The translations under genes and the position numbers were made by a program. From the NCBI RefSeq assembly GCF_036507355.1, contig NZ_AP027877.1: DNA of 64,000 nt; one strand, given 5' to 3'. This document shows, one piece after another, positions 1 through 9,790 of the stretch. The stretch's first letter is position 1. Each line of letters starts with the position of its first letter. The notes below the pieces were generated by a model, which was given only the letters and a program-made list of their open reading frames with translations, made no database searches and was not told where the DNA came from. This DNA comes from Escherichia coli. GTDB lineage: Bacteria; Pseudomonadota; Gammaproteobacteria; Enterobacterales; Enterobacteriaceae.

Positions 1-152
1 GCGTGGACATCCCACTGGGCATGATTAGTCAGTATCTTCCCAAACAATTTGAACGCATTCAGTCCGGGGAATTATCAGCAATACCGCATCAGCTGATTAT
101 GGATAAAATTTATGATGTTTTGCGCGCCTATCGCTACGGCTGTGCGGAATAA
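1..152 (+). CDS. gatZ: GatZ (tagatose-bisphosphate aldolase non-catalytic subunit), C-terminal end; 5' partial at window edge
   Basis: Frame-3 translation ...[42 protein letters not shown] ends at TAA 150-152, directly upstream of gatA; position fits gat operon order. Confidence 0.8.
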
Positions 153-161
153 GGACGGTAT

Positions 162-614
162 ATGACTAACCTGTTTGTTCGTAGCGGAATTTCTTTTGTC
201 GATCGTAGCGAAGTTTTAACCCATATCGGTAATGAGATGCTCGCCAAAGGTGTGGTTCATGATACCTGGCCACAGGCATTAATTGCCAGAGAAGCAGAAT
301 TCCCTACCGGGATAATGCTTGAGCAGCACGCCATTGCAATACCGCATTGTGAGGCGATTCATGCTAAGTCGTCAGCCATTTATCTGTTAAGGCCAACAAA
401 TAAAGTTCATTTTCAGCAAGCGGATGATGATAATGACGTGGCGGTATCGTTGGTTATTGCGTTGATTGTGGAAAATCCGCAGCAGCAATTGAAACTTTTA
501 CGCTGTTTATTTGGCAAGTTACAACAGCCCGATATCGTCGAGACACTAATCACTCTTCCTGAAACCCAGTTAAAGGAATACTTCACAAAGTATGTTTTAG
601 ATTCAGACGAATAA
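162..614 (+). CDS. gatA: PTS galactitol-specific EIIA component
   Basis: 150-aa ORF with RBS aaggacgg upstream; sequence and length match GatA; followed by gatB/gatC. Confidence 0.9.
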   Translation: MTNLFVRSGISFVDRSEVLTHIGNEMLAKGVVHDTWPQALIAREAEFPTGIMLEQHAIAIPHCEAIHAKSSAIYLLRPTNKVHFQQADDDNDVAVSLVIALIVENPQQQLKLLRCLFGKLQQPDIVETLITLPETQLKEYFTKYVLDSDE

Positions 615-644
615 ATCCCTCTGTAACAATAAAAAGGACTATTT

Positions 645-929
645 ATGAAACGCAAGATTATTGTCGCTTGCGGAGGCGCGGTTGCGACCTCTACGATGGC
701 GGCGGAAGAAATTAAAGAGTTGTGTCAGAGTCATAATATTCCTGTTGAATTAATCCAGTGTCGGGTTAATGAAATAGAAACCTATATGGATGGTGTGCAT
801 TTGATATGTACCACTGCCAGGGTGGATCGTAGTTTTGGCGATATTCCGTTAGTTCACGGCATGCCTTTTGTTTCTGGTGTCGGTATCGAAGCATTACAAA
901 ATAAAATTCTGACTATCTTACAGGGGTGA
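645..929 (+). CDS. gatB: PTS galactitol-specific EIIB component
   Basis: 94-aa [19 protein letters not shown]... with active-site Cys-containing motif; operon context. Confidence 0.9.
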
Positions 930-932
930 CCT

Positions 933-2288
933 ATGTTTTCAGAAGTCATGCGTTATATTCTCGACCTCGGCCCTACGGTGATGCTGCCGATTGTCATCAT
1001 AATTTTTTCTAAAATATTAGGCATGAAGGCAGGCGATTGCTTTAAAGCGGGTCTGCATATCGGGATTGGCTTTGTTGGCATTGGCCTTGTGATTGGCTTA
1101 ATGCTGGATTCCATTGGCCCGGTGGCGAAAGCGATGGCGGAAAATTTCGACCTGAATCTGCATGTGGTCGATGTCGGCTGGCCGGGCTCTTCACCAATGA
1201 CCTGGGCGTCGCAAATTGCGCTGGTGGCGATTCCGATTGCGATTCTGGTTAACGTGGCGATGTTACTGACCCGTATGACGCGGGTGGTAAATGTTGATAT
1301 CTGGAATATCTGGCATATGACCTTCACCGGCGCGTTGCTGCATCTGGCAACCGGTTCATGGATGATAGGGATGGCGGGTGTGGTAATTCACGCGGCGTTT
1401 GTTTATAAGCTCGGCGACTGGTTTGCCCGCGATACCCGAAATTTCTTTGAGCTGGAAGGCATTGCTATTCCGCACGGTACGTCGGCGTATATGGGGCCGA
1501 TTGCGGTGCTGGTCGATGCCATTATCGAGAAAATCCCAGGTGTTAACCGAATTAAATTTAGCGCCGACGATATTCAGCGCAAATTTGGTCCGTTTGGCGA
1601 GCCTGTCACCGTGGGTTTTGTGATGGGGCTGATTATCGGCATCCTCGCGGGTTACGATGTCAAAGGTGTATTGCAGCTGGCGGTAAAAACGGCGGCGGTG
1701 ATGCTGCTAATGCCACGGGTGATTAAACCCATCATGGATGGTTTAACGCCCATCGCTAAGCAGGCCCGTAGTCGTTTACAGGCGAAGTTCGGCGGTCAGG
1801 AGTTCCTGATTGGCCTGGATCCCGCATTACTGCTGGGGCATACGGCGGTGGTATCGGCAAGCCTGATTTTTATTCCGCTCACCATTTTAATTGCTGTTTG
1901 TGTTCCGGGTAATCAGGTACTGCCGTTTGGCGATCTTGCAACTATCGGCTTCTTCGTGGCGATGGCGGTCGCGGTGCATCGTGGAAATCTGTTCCGCACC
2001 TTAATCTCGGGTGTCATCATTATGAGCATCACCCTGTGGATCGCGACGCAAACTATTGGTTTGCACACCCAACTGGCGGCTAATGCTGGGGCGTTAAAAG
2101 CCGGGGGTATGGTGGCTTCAATGGATCAGGGCGGTTCTCCCATTACCTGGTTACTGATTCAGGTTTTCTCCCCGCAAAATATTCCCGGTTTCATTATTAT
2201 CGGCGCAATTTATCTTACCGGTATTTTCATGACCTGGCGTAGAGCGCGTGGCTTTATTAAACAAGAGAAAGTCGTTCTCGCAGAATAA
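933..2288 (+). CDS. gatC: PTS galactitol-specific EIIC permease
   Basis: 451-aa polytopic membrane protein ORF immediately after gatB. Confidence 0.9.
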   Translation: MFSEVMRYILDLGPTVMLPIVIIIFSKILGMKAGDCFKAGLHIGIGFVGIGLVIGLMLDSIGPVAKAMAENFDLNLHVVDVGWPGSSPMTWASQIALVAIPIAILVNVAMLLTRMTRVVNVDIWNIWHMTFTGALLHLATGSWMIGMAGVVIHAAFVYKLGDWFARDTRNFFELEGIAIPHGTSAYMGPIAVLVDAIIEKIPGVNRIKFSADDIQRKFGPFGEPVTVGFVMGLIIGILAGYDVKGVLQLAVKTAAVMLLMPRVIKPIMDGLTPIAKQARSRLQAKFGGQEFLIGLDPALLLGHTAVVSASLIFIPLTILIAVCVPGNQVLPFGDLATIGFFVAMAVAVHRGNLFRTLISGVIIMSITLWIATQTIGLHTQLAANAGALKAGGMVASMDQGGSPITWLLIQVFSPQNIPGFIIIGAIYLTGIFMTWRRARGFIKQEKVVLAE

Positions 2289-2335
2289 TTTTTACCTGAG
2301 GGGGAGGTTATCCCCCTTAACAATCAGGAGTTTTT

Positions 2336-3376
2336 ATGAAATCAGTGGTGAATGATACTGATGGTATCGTGCGCGTTGCAGAAAGCGTCATTCCTGAAAT
2401 TAAACATCAGGATGAGGTGCGGGTAAAAATTGCCAGCTCGGGCTTATGTGGTTCCGATTTACCCAGGATATTTAAAAATGGTGCACATTATTATCCAATA
2501 ACGTTAGGCCATGAATTTAGCGGCTATATTGATGCGGTAGGATCCGGTGTTGATGATTTACACCCTGGCGATGCGGTTGCCTGTGTGCCGTTATTACCCT
2601 GTTTTACTTGTCCAGAGTGTTTGAAAGGGTTTTATTCCCAGTGCGCAAAATATGATTTTATTGGCTCACGGCGTGATGGAGGATTTGCCGAATATATTGT
2701 CGTTAAGCGAAAAAATGTCTTTGCTCTACCCACGGATATGCCTATTGAGGATGGGGCTTTTATTGAGCCGATTACCGTTGGCCTGCATGCTTTTCATTTA
2801 GCGCAAGGTTGTGAGAATAAAAACGTTATTATTATTGGTGCCGGAACCATTGGCCTGCTGGCTATTCAGTGCGCTGTCGCGCTGGGAGCAAAGAGTGTGA
2901 CGGCGATCGACATTAGCTCAGAAAAACTGTCACTGGCAAAATCTTTCGGTGCGATGCAAACATTTAACAGTAGCGAAATGAGCGCGCCGCAAATGCAGGG
3001 GGTTTTACGCGAGCTGCGCTTTAATCAGCTTATCCTCGAGACGGCTGGCGTACCGCAAACTGTCGAACTGGCGGTAGAGATTGCCGGTCCTCATGCCCAA
3101 CTGGCGCTGGTGGGCACGTTGCATCAGGATCTGCATTTAACATCGGCAACGTTTGGCAAAATATTGCGTAAAGAGTTGACGGTTATCGGCAGTTGGATGA
3201 ACTACTCCAGCCCTTGGCCAGGGCAGGAGTGGGAAACGGCGAGCCGGTTGCTGACAGAACGTAAGTTAAGCCTGGAGCCATTAATCGCTCACCGTGGAAG
3301 CTTTGAATGCTTCGCCCAGGCGGTGCGTGACATCGCTCGTAATGCTATGCCGGGCAAAGTGTTGCTCATTCCCTGA
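2336..3376 (+). CDS. gatD: galactitol-1-phosphate 5-dehydrogenase (Zn-dependent medium-chain dehydrogenase)
   Basis: 346-aa ORF with GHEFSG zinc-ADH motif and GAGTIGL Rossmann motif. Confidence 0.9.
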   Translation: MKSVVNDTDGIVRVAESVIPEIKHQDEVRVKIASSGLCGSDLPRIFKNGAHYYPITLGHEFSGYIDAVGSGVDDLHPGDAVACVPLLPCFTCPECLKGFYSQCAKYDFIGSRRDGGFAEYIVVKRKNVFALPTDMPIEDGAFIEPITVGLHAFHLAQGCENKNVIIIGAGTIGLLAIQCAVALGAKSVTAIDISSEKLSLAKSFGAMQTFNSSEMSAPQMQGVLRELRFNQLILETAGVPQTVELAVEIAGPHAQLALVGTLHQDLHLTSATFGKILRKELTVIGSWMNYSSPWPGQEWETASRLLTERKLSLEPLIAHRGSFECFAQAVRDIARNAMPGKVLLIP

Positions 3377-3475
3377 AACCGCGGGCCAGCGTGATGCTGG
3401 CCCGGTATTGTGCAAAACAGATCATTCACCAATGGTCCCCCTTCGTTTACACTAGCCACAATTGAATATGGGTAA

Positions 3476-4255
3476 ATGACGATGAATTCATTCGAGCGAA
3501 GGAATAAGATCATCCAATTAGTGAATGAACAGGGAACCGTGCTTGTTCAGGATCTGGCGGGAGTATTTGCTGCCTCGGAAGCGACAATCCGTGCCGATTT
3601 GCGCTTTCTCGAACAAAAAGGCGTGGTTACGCGCTTTCATGGCGGTGCGGCGAAAATAATGTCCGGTAATAGTGAAACCGAGACCCAGGAAGTCGGGTTT
3701 AAAGAGCGATTTCAGCTCGCCAGCGCGCCAAAAAACAGAATAGCGCAGGCGGCAGTCAAAATGATCCACGAAGGGATGACCGTTATTCTCGACAGCGGAA
3801 GTACGACAATGCTTATCGCCGAAGGATTAATGACCGCCAAAAATATCACGGTGATTACCAACAGTCTCCCGGCAGCGTTTGCCCTTTCCGAAAATAAAGA
3901 CATTACTCTGGTCGTCTGTGGTGGCACGGTCCGCCATAAAACGCGCTCGATGCATGGTTCCATTGCCGAGCGTTCATTGCAGGATATTAATGCCGATTTA
4001 ATGTTTGTCGGTGCTGATGGTATTGATGCGGTTAATGGTATTACGACCTTTAATGAAGGTTATTCGATTAGCGGGGCGATGGTCACCGCCGCAAATAAAG
4101 TGATTGCCGTTCTCGATTCATCGAAATTTAATCGTCGCGGTTTTAATCAGGTACTGCCAATCGAAAAAATTGACATTATTATTACCGATGATGCCGTGTC
4201 AGATGTGGATAAACTGGCATTGCAGAAGACACGGGTAAAATTAATTACGGTGTAG
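3476..4255 (+). CDS. gatR: DeoR-family transcriptional repressor of the gat operon; uninterrupted here
   Basis: 259-aa continuous ORF with N-terminal HTH and C-terminal sugar-binding DeoR domain; alternative ATG at 3482. Confidence 0.85.
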   Translation: MTMNSFERRNKIIQLVNEQGTVLVQDLAGVFAASEATIRADLRFLEQKGVVTRFHGGAAKIMSGNSETETQEVGFKERFQLASAPKNRIAQAAVKMIHEGMTVILDSGSTTMLIAEGLMTAKNITVITNSLPAAFALSENKDITLVVCGGTVRHKTRSMHGSIAERSLQDINADLMFVGADGIDAVNGITTFNEGYSISGAMVTAANKVIAVLDSSKFNRRGFNQVLPIEKIDIIITDDAVSDVDKLALQKTRVKLITV

Positions 4256-4305
4256 TATTGTTCTGTATGCCGGATAAGGTGTTTACACCGCATCCGGCAT
4301 TACGG
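4256..4305. repeat. REP (repetitive extragenic palindrome) element
   Basis: gccggataagg...gcatccggca palindromic REP-type sequence in gatR-yegS convergent intergenic region. Confidence 0.6.
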
Positions 4306-4336
4306 ATTCTCCCTGGTTCAAGAGAGAATAGTTTGA

Positions 4337-5236
4337 TTAACGCAATAATGGACAATCTGGTGGTAATCGACAACGCAACGCCGCCGGAAGTATTTCAATA
4401 TGGAAGTTTTGCCCACTCAACGGTTCGCCATCAAGATTAAAAGTGATTTCGTGTGGGGCTTGTATATCAAACCACGACGAAGCGCCTTCGATAATATTCG
4501 GGTTATCTTCGTCAGATTTTAAGGTTGATACGAGAGCCGGAAGAATTTCATCGCCGGTAAAAATGCGCAGTTGCAGCAAGCCATCGTTAATTAACGCGTT
4601 CGGGCACAATTGTTGACCGCCACCGGCCTGACGCCCGTTACCAATACCAATGACCAGGGCGTCACCTTGCCAGTGAAAGTTTTCACCGCGGATTTCACAA
4701 CGGTCCGGTTGCAGAGTATCCATGCGCATTAAGCCATGAATGATGTAAGAGACGCCACCCAGCGCGGCTTTTAATTTTTCCGGCGTTTCTGTGGTAATAC
4801 GCGTCCCAAATCCGCCTGTCGCCATATTAATAAAACAGGTTTGTTTGTTGACCTGCGCCATATCTATCGCAATGGCGTTACCGGCAATTGCCAGTTTCAG
4901 CGCCTTATCCAGTGCCTCAGGAATCCCTACACTGGTGGCAAAATCATTGGCGGTTCCTAATGGCAAAATTCCCAGCGCGGGTATGTCATCCCCCTCACAC
5001 TGAATCAACGCCGTAGAAACTTCATTAATGGTGCCATCGCCACCACCGGCAATCACCGTTGCGACGCCCAACTTCCGGGCCTCCTCTACATATCGTGCGG
5101 CATCGCCTTTCTCCCAGGTGACCCGCACATGGATCGTCATTCCTTCCTCACGCAACAGCATAATTGCTTCGCGCAATGGTAAATTGTCAGTACTTTTGCC
5201 ATTAAGAATCAGTAAGCTGGCGGGAAATTCTGCCAT
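4337..5236 (-). CDS. yegS: lipid kinase YegS (DAGK-family)
   Basis: 299-aa [19 protein letters not shown]... with GGDGT motif typical of diacylglycerol-kinase fold. Confidence 0.9.
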   Translation of the reverse strand: MAEFPASLLILNGKSTDNLPLREAIMLLREEGMTIHVRVTWEKGDAARYVEEARKLGVATVIAGGGDGTINEVSTALIQCEGDDIPALGILPLGTANDFATSVGIPEALDKALKLAIAGNAIAIDMAQVNKQTCFINMATGGFGTRITTETPEKLKAALGGVSYIIHGLMRMDTLQPDRCEIRGENFHWQGDALVIGIGNGRQAGGGQQLCPNALINDGLLQLRIFTGDEILPALVSTLKSDEDNPNIIEGASSWFDIQAPHEITFNLDGEPLSGQNFHIEILPAALRCRLPPDCPLLR

Positions 5237-5626
5237 GATCGTATGTGCCTTTATGATTGGTCTGTAGATAGTGTAGAGCAGAAAAGAAAAGGTGGAGTCA
5301 GAACAGGATGAAAGTCGGAGGATAAATAGTCAGTTCAAGTATGGAGGATTCAGTGGTTACCACCAGGAGCTTGCAATGGGGACAGCGAATACTAACGGCA
5401 GCCACCGATAAATTTCAAAAAAGAGCATATACCTAATATTCAACTAAACAGTGGCATCTTCAATATAATATATTAAAGCCTCCATGGAGTTACCCGGAAG
5501 GGCCTCCATGTCCGTAATTCCTACTTATGTAGGAAATGTTGTACAGAACATTTATTATAATCCTATTCAATTATAATAATCATGCCATTATTATATTTAA
5601 ACACTAGAGAGTGTCGTTGGTATTTA

Positions 5627-5959
5627 ATGGGGGAAGGTGAGGTGAACAAGATAGCTGCTATATCATTAATTAGTGTTTTTCTTATGTCTGGTTGTGCTGT
5701 GCATAATGATGAGACAAGTATCGGTAAATTTGGTCTTGCATATAAAAGTAATATTCAGCGTAAACTCGATAATCAATACTACACCGAAGCCGAAGCTTCT
5801 TTAGCCAGGGGCAGAATTTCTGGTGCAGAAAATATAGTAAAAAATGATGCAGCCCATTTCTGTGTTACTCAGGGCAAAAAAATGCAGATAGTTGACCTGA
5901 AGACAGAAGGTGCAGGATTACATGGCGTCGCTCGTCTGACATTCAAATGTGGAGAGTGA
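5627..5959 (+). CDS. yegR: YegR, small putative lipoprotein of unknown function
   Basis: ORF with signal peptide and lipobox (LMSGC); start chosen at internal ATG (MGEGEV), upstream ORF extension unsupported. Confidence 0.6.
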   Translation: MGEGEVNKIAAISLISVFLMSGCAVHNDETSIGKFGLAYKSNIQRKLDNQYYTEAEASLARGRISGAENIVKNDAAHFCVTQGKKMQIVDLKTEGAGLHGVARLTFKCGE

Positions 5960-6117
5960 GAATATTTTTTGGTAAGCGCCAAACATGCGCGTTCTGGTTG
6001 TGCTTAGCCGGAACCTGTGCGAGCACGATGCCGTTACGTGAAAGGCATCGTGCTATGAAGGGAGATTCTATCGATGTGGTCAATGGAAGACGGTGACCAG
6101 GGATAGGGCTTATGCAT

Positions 6118-6204
6118 AAAAAATAAGCCCGTGTAAGGGAGATTACACAGGCTAAGGAGGTGGTTCCTGGTACAGCTAGCATTTTATGGGTTATGTTTTT
6201 CAGC
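6118..6204 (-). ncRNA. cyaR: CyaR (RyeE) Hfq-dependent small RNA
   Basis: Reverse complement of 6118-6204 reads GCUGAAAAACAUAACCCAUAAAAUGCUAGC...CACGGGCUUAUUUUUU, matching the CyaR sequence as I recall it, with terminal hairpin and U-tail. Confidence 0.85.
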
Positions 6205-6288
6205 GAAACGGATGATAACCTTAATAAATGCAGCTGTATGTGATCGGTTTCTAAGAATTTTCCATCCGGGAAAAATAATCGAAATTAA

Positions 6289-7650
6289 TCACTTACCGTG
6301 TGGGTTACGCGTGGTTTCCCCGGAGAAATTACGCATCAGCAGCGCGTAATTTAGCTCAAGATCCTGCGGCACCGGGAGCCACACAGTATAACCATCGCCT
6401 GGTGCTACCGGCATAGCTTCGCCTTTGGCGTTTTCCATGTGCTCAAGGGTAAAGTTAATGTTGCCTTGCGGCGTCATCAGCTCAAGGCTGTCGCCAACGG
6501 AGAATTTATTTTTCACCGCTACCGCCGCGAGGTCCCCCTTGCGCTCACCGGTAAACTCACCAACAAACTGCTGGCGGTCAGAAACTGAATAACCGTATTC
6601 GTAGTTCTGATAATCGTCGTGAGTATGACGACGCAGAAATCCTTCGGTGTAACCACGATGCGCCAGACCTTCCAGAGTTTCCAGCAGGCTGGTATCGAAC
6701 GGTTTTCCCGCAGCGGCGTCATCGATAGCTTTGCGGTAAACCTGTGCGGTGCGTGCGCAATAGTAGAAAGATTTAGTACGGCCTTCGATTTTCAGCGAAT
6801 GCACGCCCATTTTGGTCAGGCGTTCTACATGGGCGATGGCGCGCAGATCTTTCGAGTTCATGATGTAAGTGCCGTGCTCATCTTCAAACGCGGTCATATA
6901 CTCGCCCGGACGCTGGGCTTCTTCGATCATAAACACTTTGTCGGTTGGCGCGCCAATACCAAGCGTAGGCTCAACGTTTTGCACCGGAATCGGCTCGTAC
7001 TTGTGTACGATGTTGCCGACGTCATCTTCTTTACCTTCCTGTACGTTGTACTCCCAGCGGCAGGCATTGGTGCAGGTTCCCTGGTTCGGGTCGCGTTTGT
7101 TAATGTAGCCCGAGAGCAGGCAGCGACCGGAGTAGGCCATGCACAGTGCGCCGTGAACGAAGATCTCGATCTCCATATCCGGCACCTGATTGCGGATCTC
7201 TTCAATCTCTTCCAGCGACAGCTCGCGAGAGAGGATCACGCGGGTCAGGCCCATTTGCTGCCAGAATTTCACCGTCGCCCAGTTTACGGCGTTAGCCTGC
7301 ACCGAGAGGTGGATCGGCATTTCAGGGAAGTGCTCACGCACCAGCATAATCAGCCCTGGATCGGACATAATCAGCGCATCCGGCCCCATTTCCACCACCG
7401 GTTTCAGGTCACGGATAAAGGTTTTCAGCTTGGCGTTGTGCGGGGCAATGTTGACCACGACATAAAACTTTTTCCCCAGCGCGTGGGCTTCATTGATGCC
7501 GAGCTGAAGATTTTCGTGGTTGAATTCGTTGTTGCGCACACGCAGGGAGTAACGCGGCTGGCCCGCATAAACAGCATCTGCGCCATAAGCGAAAGCGTAA
7601 CGCATATTTTTCAGCGTTCCCGCCGGGGAAAGGAGTTCCGGTTTAAACAT
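6289..7650 (-). CDS. yegQ: U32-family peptidase YegQ
   Basis: 453-aa ORF MFKPELLSPAGTLKNMRYAFAYGADAVYAGQPRYSLR... characteristic of peptidase U32 family. Confidence 0.9.
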   Translation of the reverse strand: MFKPELLSPAGTLKNMRYAFAYGADAVYAGQPRYSLRVRNNEFNHENLQLGINEAHALGKKFYVVVNIAPHNAKLKTFIRDLKPVVEMGPDALIMSDPGLIMLVREHFPEMPIHLSVQANAVNWATVKFWQQMGLTRVILSRELSLEEIEEIRNQVPDMEIEIFVHGALCMAYSGRCLLSGYINKRDPNQGTCTNACRWEYNVQEGKEDDVGNIVHKYEPIPVQNVEPTLGIGAPTDKVFMIEEAQRPGEYMTAFEDEHGTYIMNSKDLRAIAHVERLTKMGVHSLKIEGRTKSFYYCARTAQVYRKAIDDAAAGKPFDTSLLETLEGLAHRGYTEGFLRRHTHDDYQNYEYGYSVSDRQQFVGEFTGERKGDLAAVAVKNKFSVGDSLELMTPQGNINFTLEHMENAKGEAMPVAPGDGYTVWLPVPQDLELNYALLMRNFSGETTRNPHGK

Positions 7651-7752
7651 AATTCTCTCGTTCTGATGACAGGTCAGATCCGCTTCACCTGATGAAGCGG
7701 TTAGGGGAGTGCCCCCACTTTAAGGGCGGGCATTGTAGCGCAATCGGCGGGT

Positions 7753-8049
7753 TTAGCTCCAGTGTAAATGTCTGGTGGCGTCCTGGTTTTGGTTAAGGAT
7801 ACGAATGACGATAATTTCCCCTGGTGATTGCAGGAAATAAATTACGTGGCGTTCAAAAGGAAGAACAAAAATACCTTCGCCTAATTCAGGTCTGGGCGTA
7901 CCTATATTATTGTTACTCAGAATCTGGAGAACGTCTGAAAGATGTTCCACATATCTGTCGGCTTGTGGTTCGCCGAAATGGTGATAACTGTAATACCAGA
8001 TGCCTTCTAAATCCTCATTGGCTTTTGGCATGAGTTTAATAATACGCAC
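7753..8049 (-). CDS. ParE/RelE-superfamily toxin
   Basis: 98-aa ORF immediately downstream of, and 1 nt from, an RHH antitoxin ORF; ParE-like sequence pattern (..IFY...I.IIRIL...). Confidence 0.75.
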   Translation of the reverse strand: MRIIKLMPKANEDLEGIWYYSYHHFGEPQADRYVEHLSDVLQILSNNNIGTPRPELGEGIFVLPFERHVIYFLQSPGEIIVIRILNQNQDATRHLHWS

Positions 8050-8050
8050 A

Positions 8051-8302
8051 TTATTTCCTTATCCCTGCTTTCACCTTCCGTAAAAACGCGTCCTTTTCCC
8101 ACGGCTGAGCTTCACCACTACTCAACCCTTCTGCAAGCATGTCACGTAACGCTTGCAGGCGAGACTCTGCTTGCTTTTCTCGAAGTAAGCGCAGTGACTC
8201 ACGGATCACTTCGCTTTGGGTGCGATAGTCGCCGGATTCAATTAAGGACTCGATAAATTCACGCAACTCATCGCCGAGATCAACCGTCATCGTTCTGGCC
8301 AT
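8051..8302 (-). CDS. ParD-like (RHH/COG3609-type) antitoxin
   Basis: 83-aa ORF MARTMTVDLGDELREFIESLIESGDYRTQSEVIRESLRLLRE..., typical ParD antitoxin; precedes toxin ORF. Confidence 0.75.
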   Translation of the reverse strand: MARTMTVDLGDELREFIESLIESGDYRTQSEVIRESLRLLREKQAESRLQALRDMLAEGLSSGEAQPWEKDAFLRKVKAGIRK

Positions 8303-8315
8303 GTTTATGCTCTCC

Positions 8316-8334
8316 TGTAAGTAAAAATCTTACA
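8316..8334 (-). promoter_or_regulatory. Inverted repeat TGTAAG-n7-CTTACA in promoter region of the ParDE-like operon (candidate autoregulatory operator)
   Basis: Perfect 6-bp inverted repeat about 15 bp upstream of antitoxin start. Confidence 0.4.
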
Positions 8335-8499
8335 TCAGTGTATGTCATAAACCGGATAGCGTCACGAAAGTATTAGAAGATATTTTGGCAGATGAACATG
8401 TTCAGGAGGATAAGCATGGAGATGTTAAACAAAGAAAGCACAATGAGTATTCATCAGTGTCCACTATTTTAATGGCGCAGGTAAATAAATAAGCGTTAT

Positions 8500-8537
8500 T
8501 TGGAAATAAAGCCGGACGCCAACAACCCACGCCCGGC
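8500..8537 (-). terminator. Rho-independent terminator downstream of yegP
   Basis: GC-rich hairpin GCCGGGCG...CGTCCGGC followed by TTTATTTCC on minus strand just after yegP stop. Confidence 0.5.
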
Positions 8538-8544
8538 ATCGTAA

Positions 8545-8877
8545 TTACGTATTGTCTTTCACCGTCTGGCTTGTGCCATTGGCTTTAACGGAGGCAATTC
8601 CGGTTTCACGAGATTGCGCGGTGGCATACATCTGGCTGGAGCCGATAATTTGATGATTGGCGGCTTTCAGATTGAAATAGAATTTGCCGTTGCTTGCCGT
8701 TTTTTTCTCATAGCGTTCTTCTTGCGGGCTGTTGCTACGCACCGACGCGATGCCCTTTTCCGCAGAGGCTTTTGAGGTATACAGCTCGCTGGTGAGGATA
8801 GTCTCACCATTGCCCGCTTTTAGCACAAACCGGAACTGATTATCACTGCTCTTACTGAGTTCAAACCAACCAGCCAT
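8545..8877 (-). CDS. yegP: YegP (UPF0339/DUF1508 tandem-domain protein)
   Basis: ORF with internal tandem duplication (…KASAEKGIASVRSN… / …AQSRETGIASVKAN…); start at ATG MAGWFEL with upstream RBS. Confidence 0.85.
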   Translation of the reverse strand: MAGWFELSKSSDNQFRFVLKAGNGETILTSELYTSKASAEKGIASVRSNSPQEERYEKKTASNGKFYFNLKAANHQIIGSSQMYATAQSRETGIASVKANGTSQTVKDNT

Positions 8878-9067
8878 AATGACTCCTTGATTGAAATTGC
8901 TTATCGAAAACAGCATCTAAAGGTGCTGTTTACCGATTAAAGTATGAGCGATTTTCTGATGCCTGCCAGGGCGGAGAGATAATGTCAGTTTGCTGACCAT
9001 GCGTGGGATAATGTTGCCGGATCTGGTCTGAACGCCATCTCCGGCTAACAAAATAATGTCGCTAAAA

Positions 9068-9790
9068 CTAAACGATGCGGCAGGCGTCGGCTTCCCAGCG
9101 GTAACCGACGCCGTAAACGGCGCGGATAAATGACTGTTCGGCGTCGAGAGATTCCAGCTTGCGGCGCAGGTTTTTAATGTGGCTGTCGATGGTGCGGTCG
9201 GTTACTACGCGGTAGTCGTCATAAAGATGATTGAGCAATTGCTCGCGGGAGAACACTTTTCCTGGTTCGTGAGAGAGCGTTTTCAGCAGACGAAATTCCG
9301 CAGGCGTCAGGTCAAGCATTTTACCGCGCCATGAAGCCTGAAAACGACCTTCGTCGATAATCAACGGGCTTTCAGCATCCTGTTGCTGCAACTCGCGCTG
9401 CGGTTTGCAACGGCGCAAAATGGTTTTGACGCGCGCTACCACTTCCCGTGGGCTGTACGGCTTACAGATATAATCATCTGCGCCAATCTCCAGTCCGAGC
9501 AGGCGGTCGATCTCTTCGATTTTTGCCGTGACCATCACGATAGGAATGTCAGAAAAACGACGAATTTCCCGGCACAGCGTCAAGCCATCGGTGCCAGGGA
9601 GCATCAGATCCAACAGGATCAGATCCGGTGGTGTCTGGCGCACATACGGCAGTACCTGATCGCCGTGGCTGATAAGCGTCGGCGCATAGCTCGCAGCACG
9701 CAGATAATCAATGAGCAACTGCCCCAGCTTCGGTTCATCTTCCACGATCAAAATACGCGGTGTGTTTTCGTCGATTGGTAACTCGGTCAT
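9068..9790 (-). CDS. baeR: OmpR-family response regulator BaeR
   Basis: 240-aa ORF with receiver domain (LIVEDEPKL...D) and winged-helix C-terminus; overlaps baeS stop. Confidence 0.9.

Noticed and set aside
5582-5626. N-terminal extension of yegR (MPLLYLNTRECRWYL)
   Set aside because: No ribosome-binding site and it precedes the signal-peptide start; the internal ATG is more plausible.
6619-7692. 357-aa ORF on the plus strand
   Set aside because: Entirely antisense to yegQ, which has a clear peptidase U32 signature; its composition is the mirror of the real gene, so it is a spurious shadow ORF.
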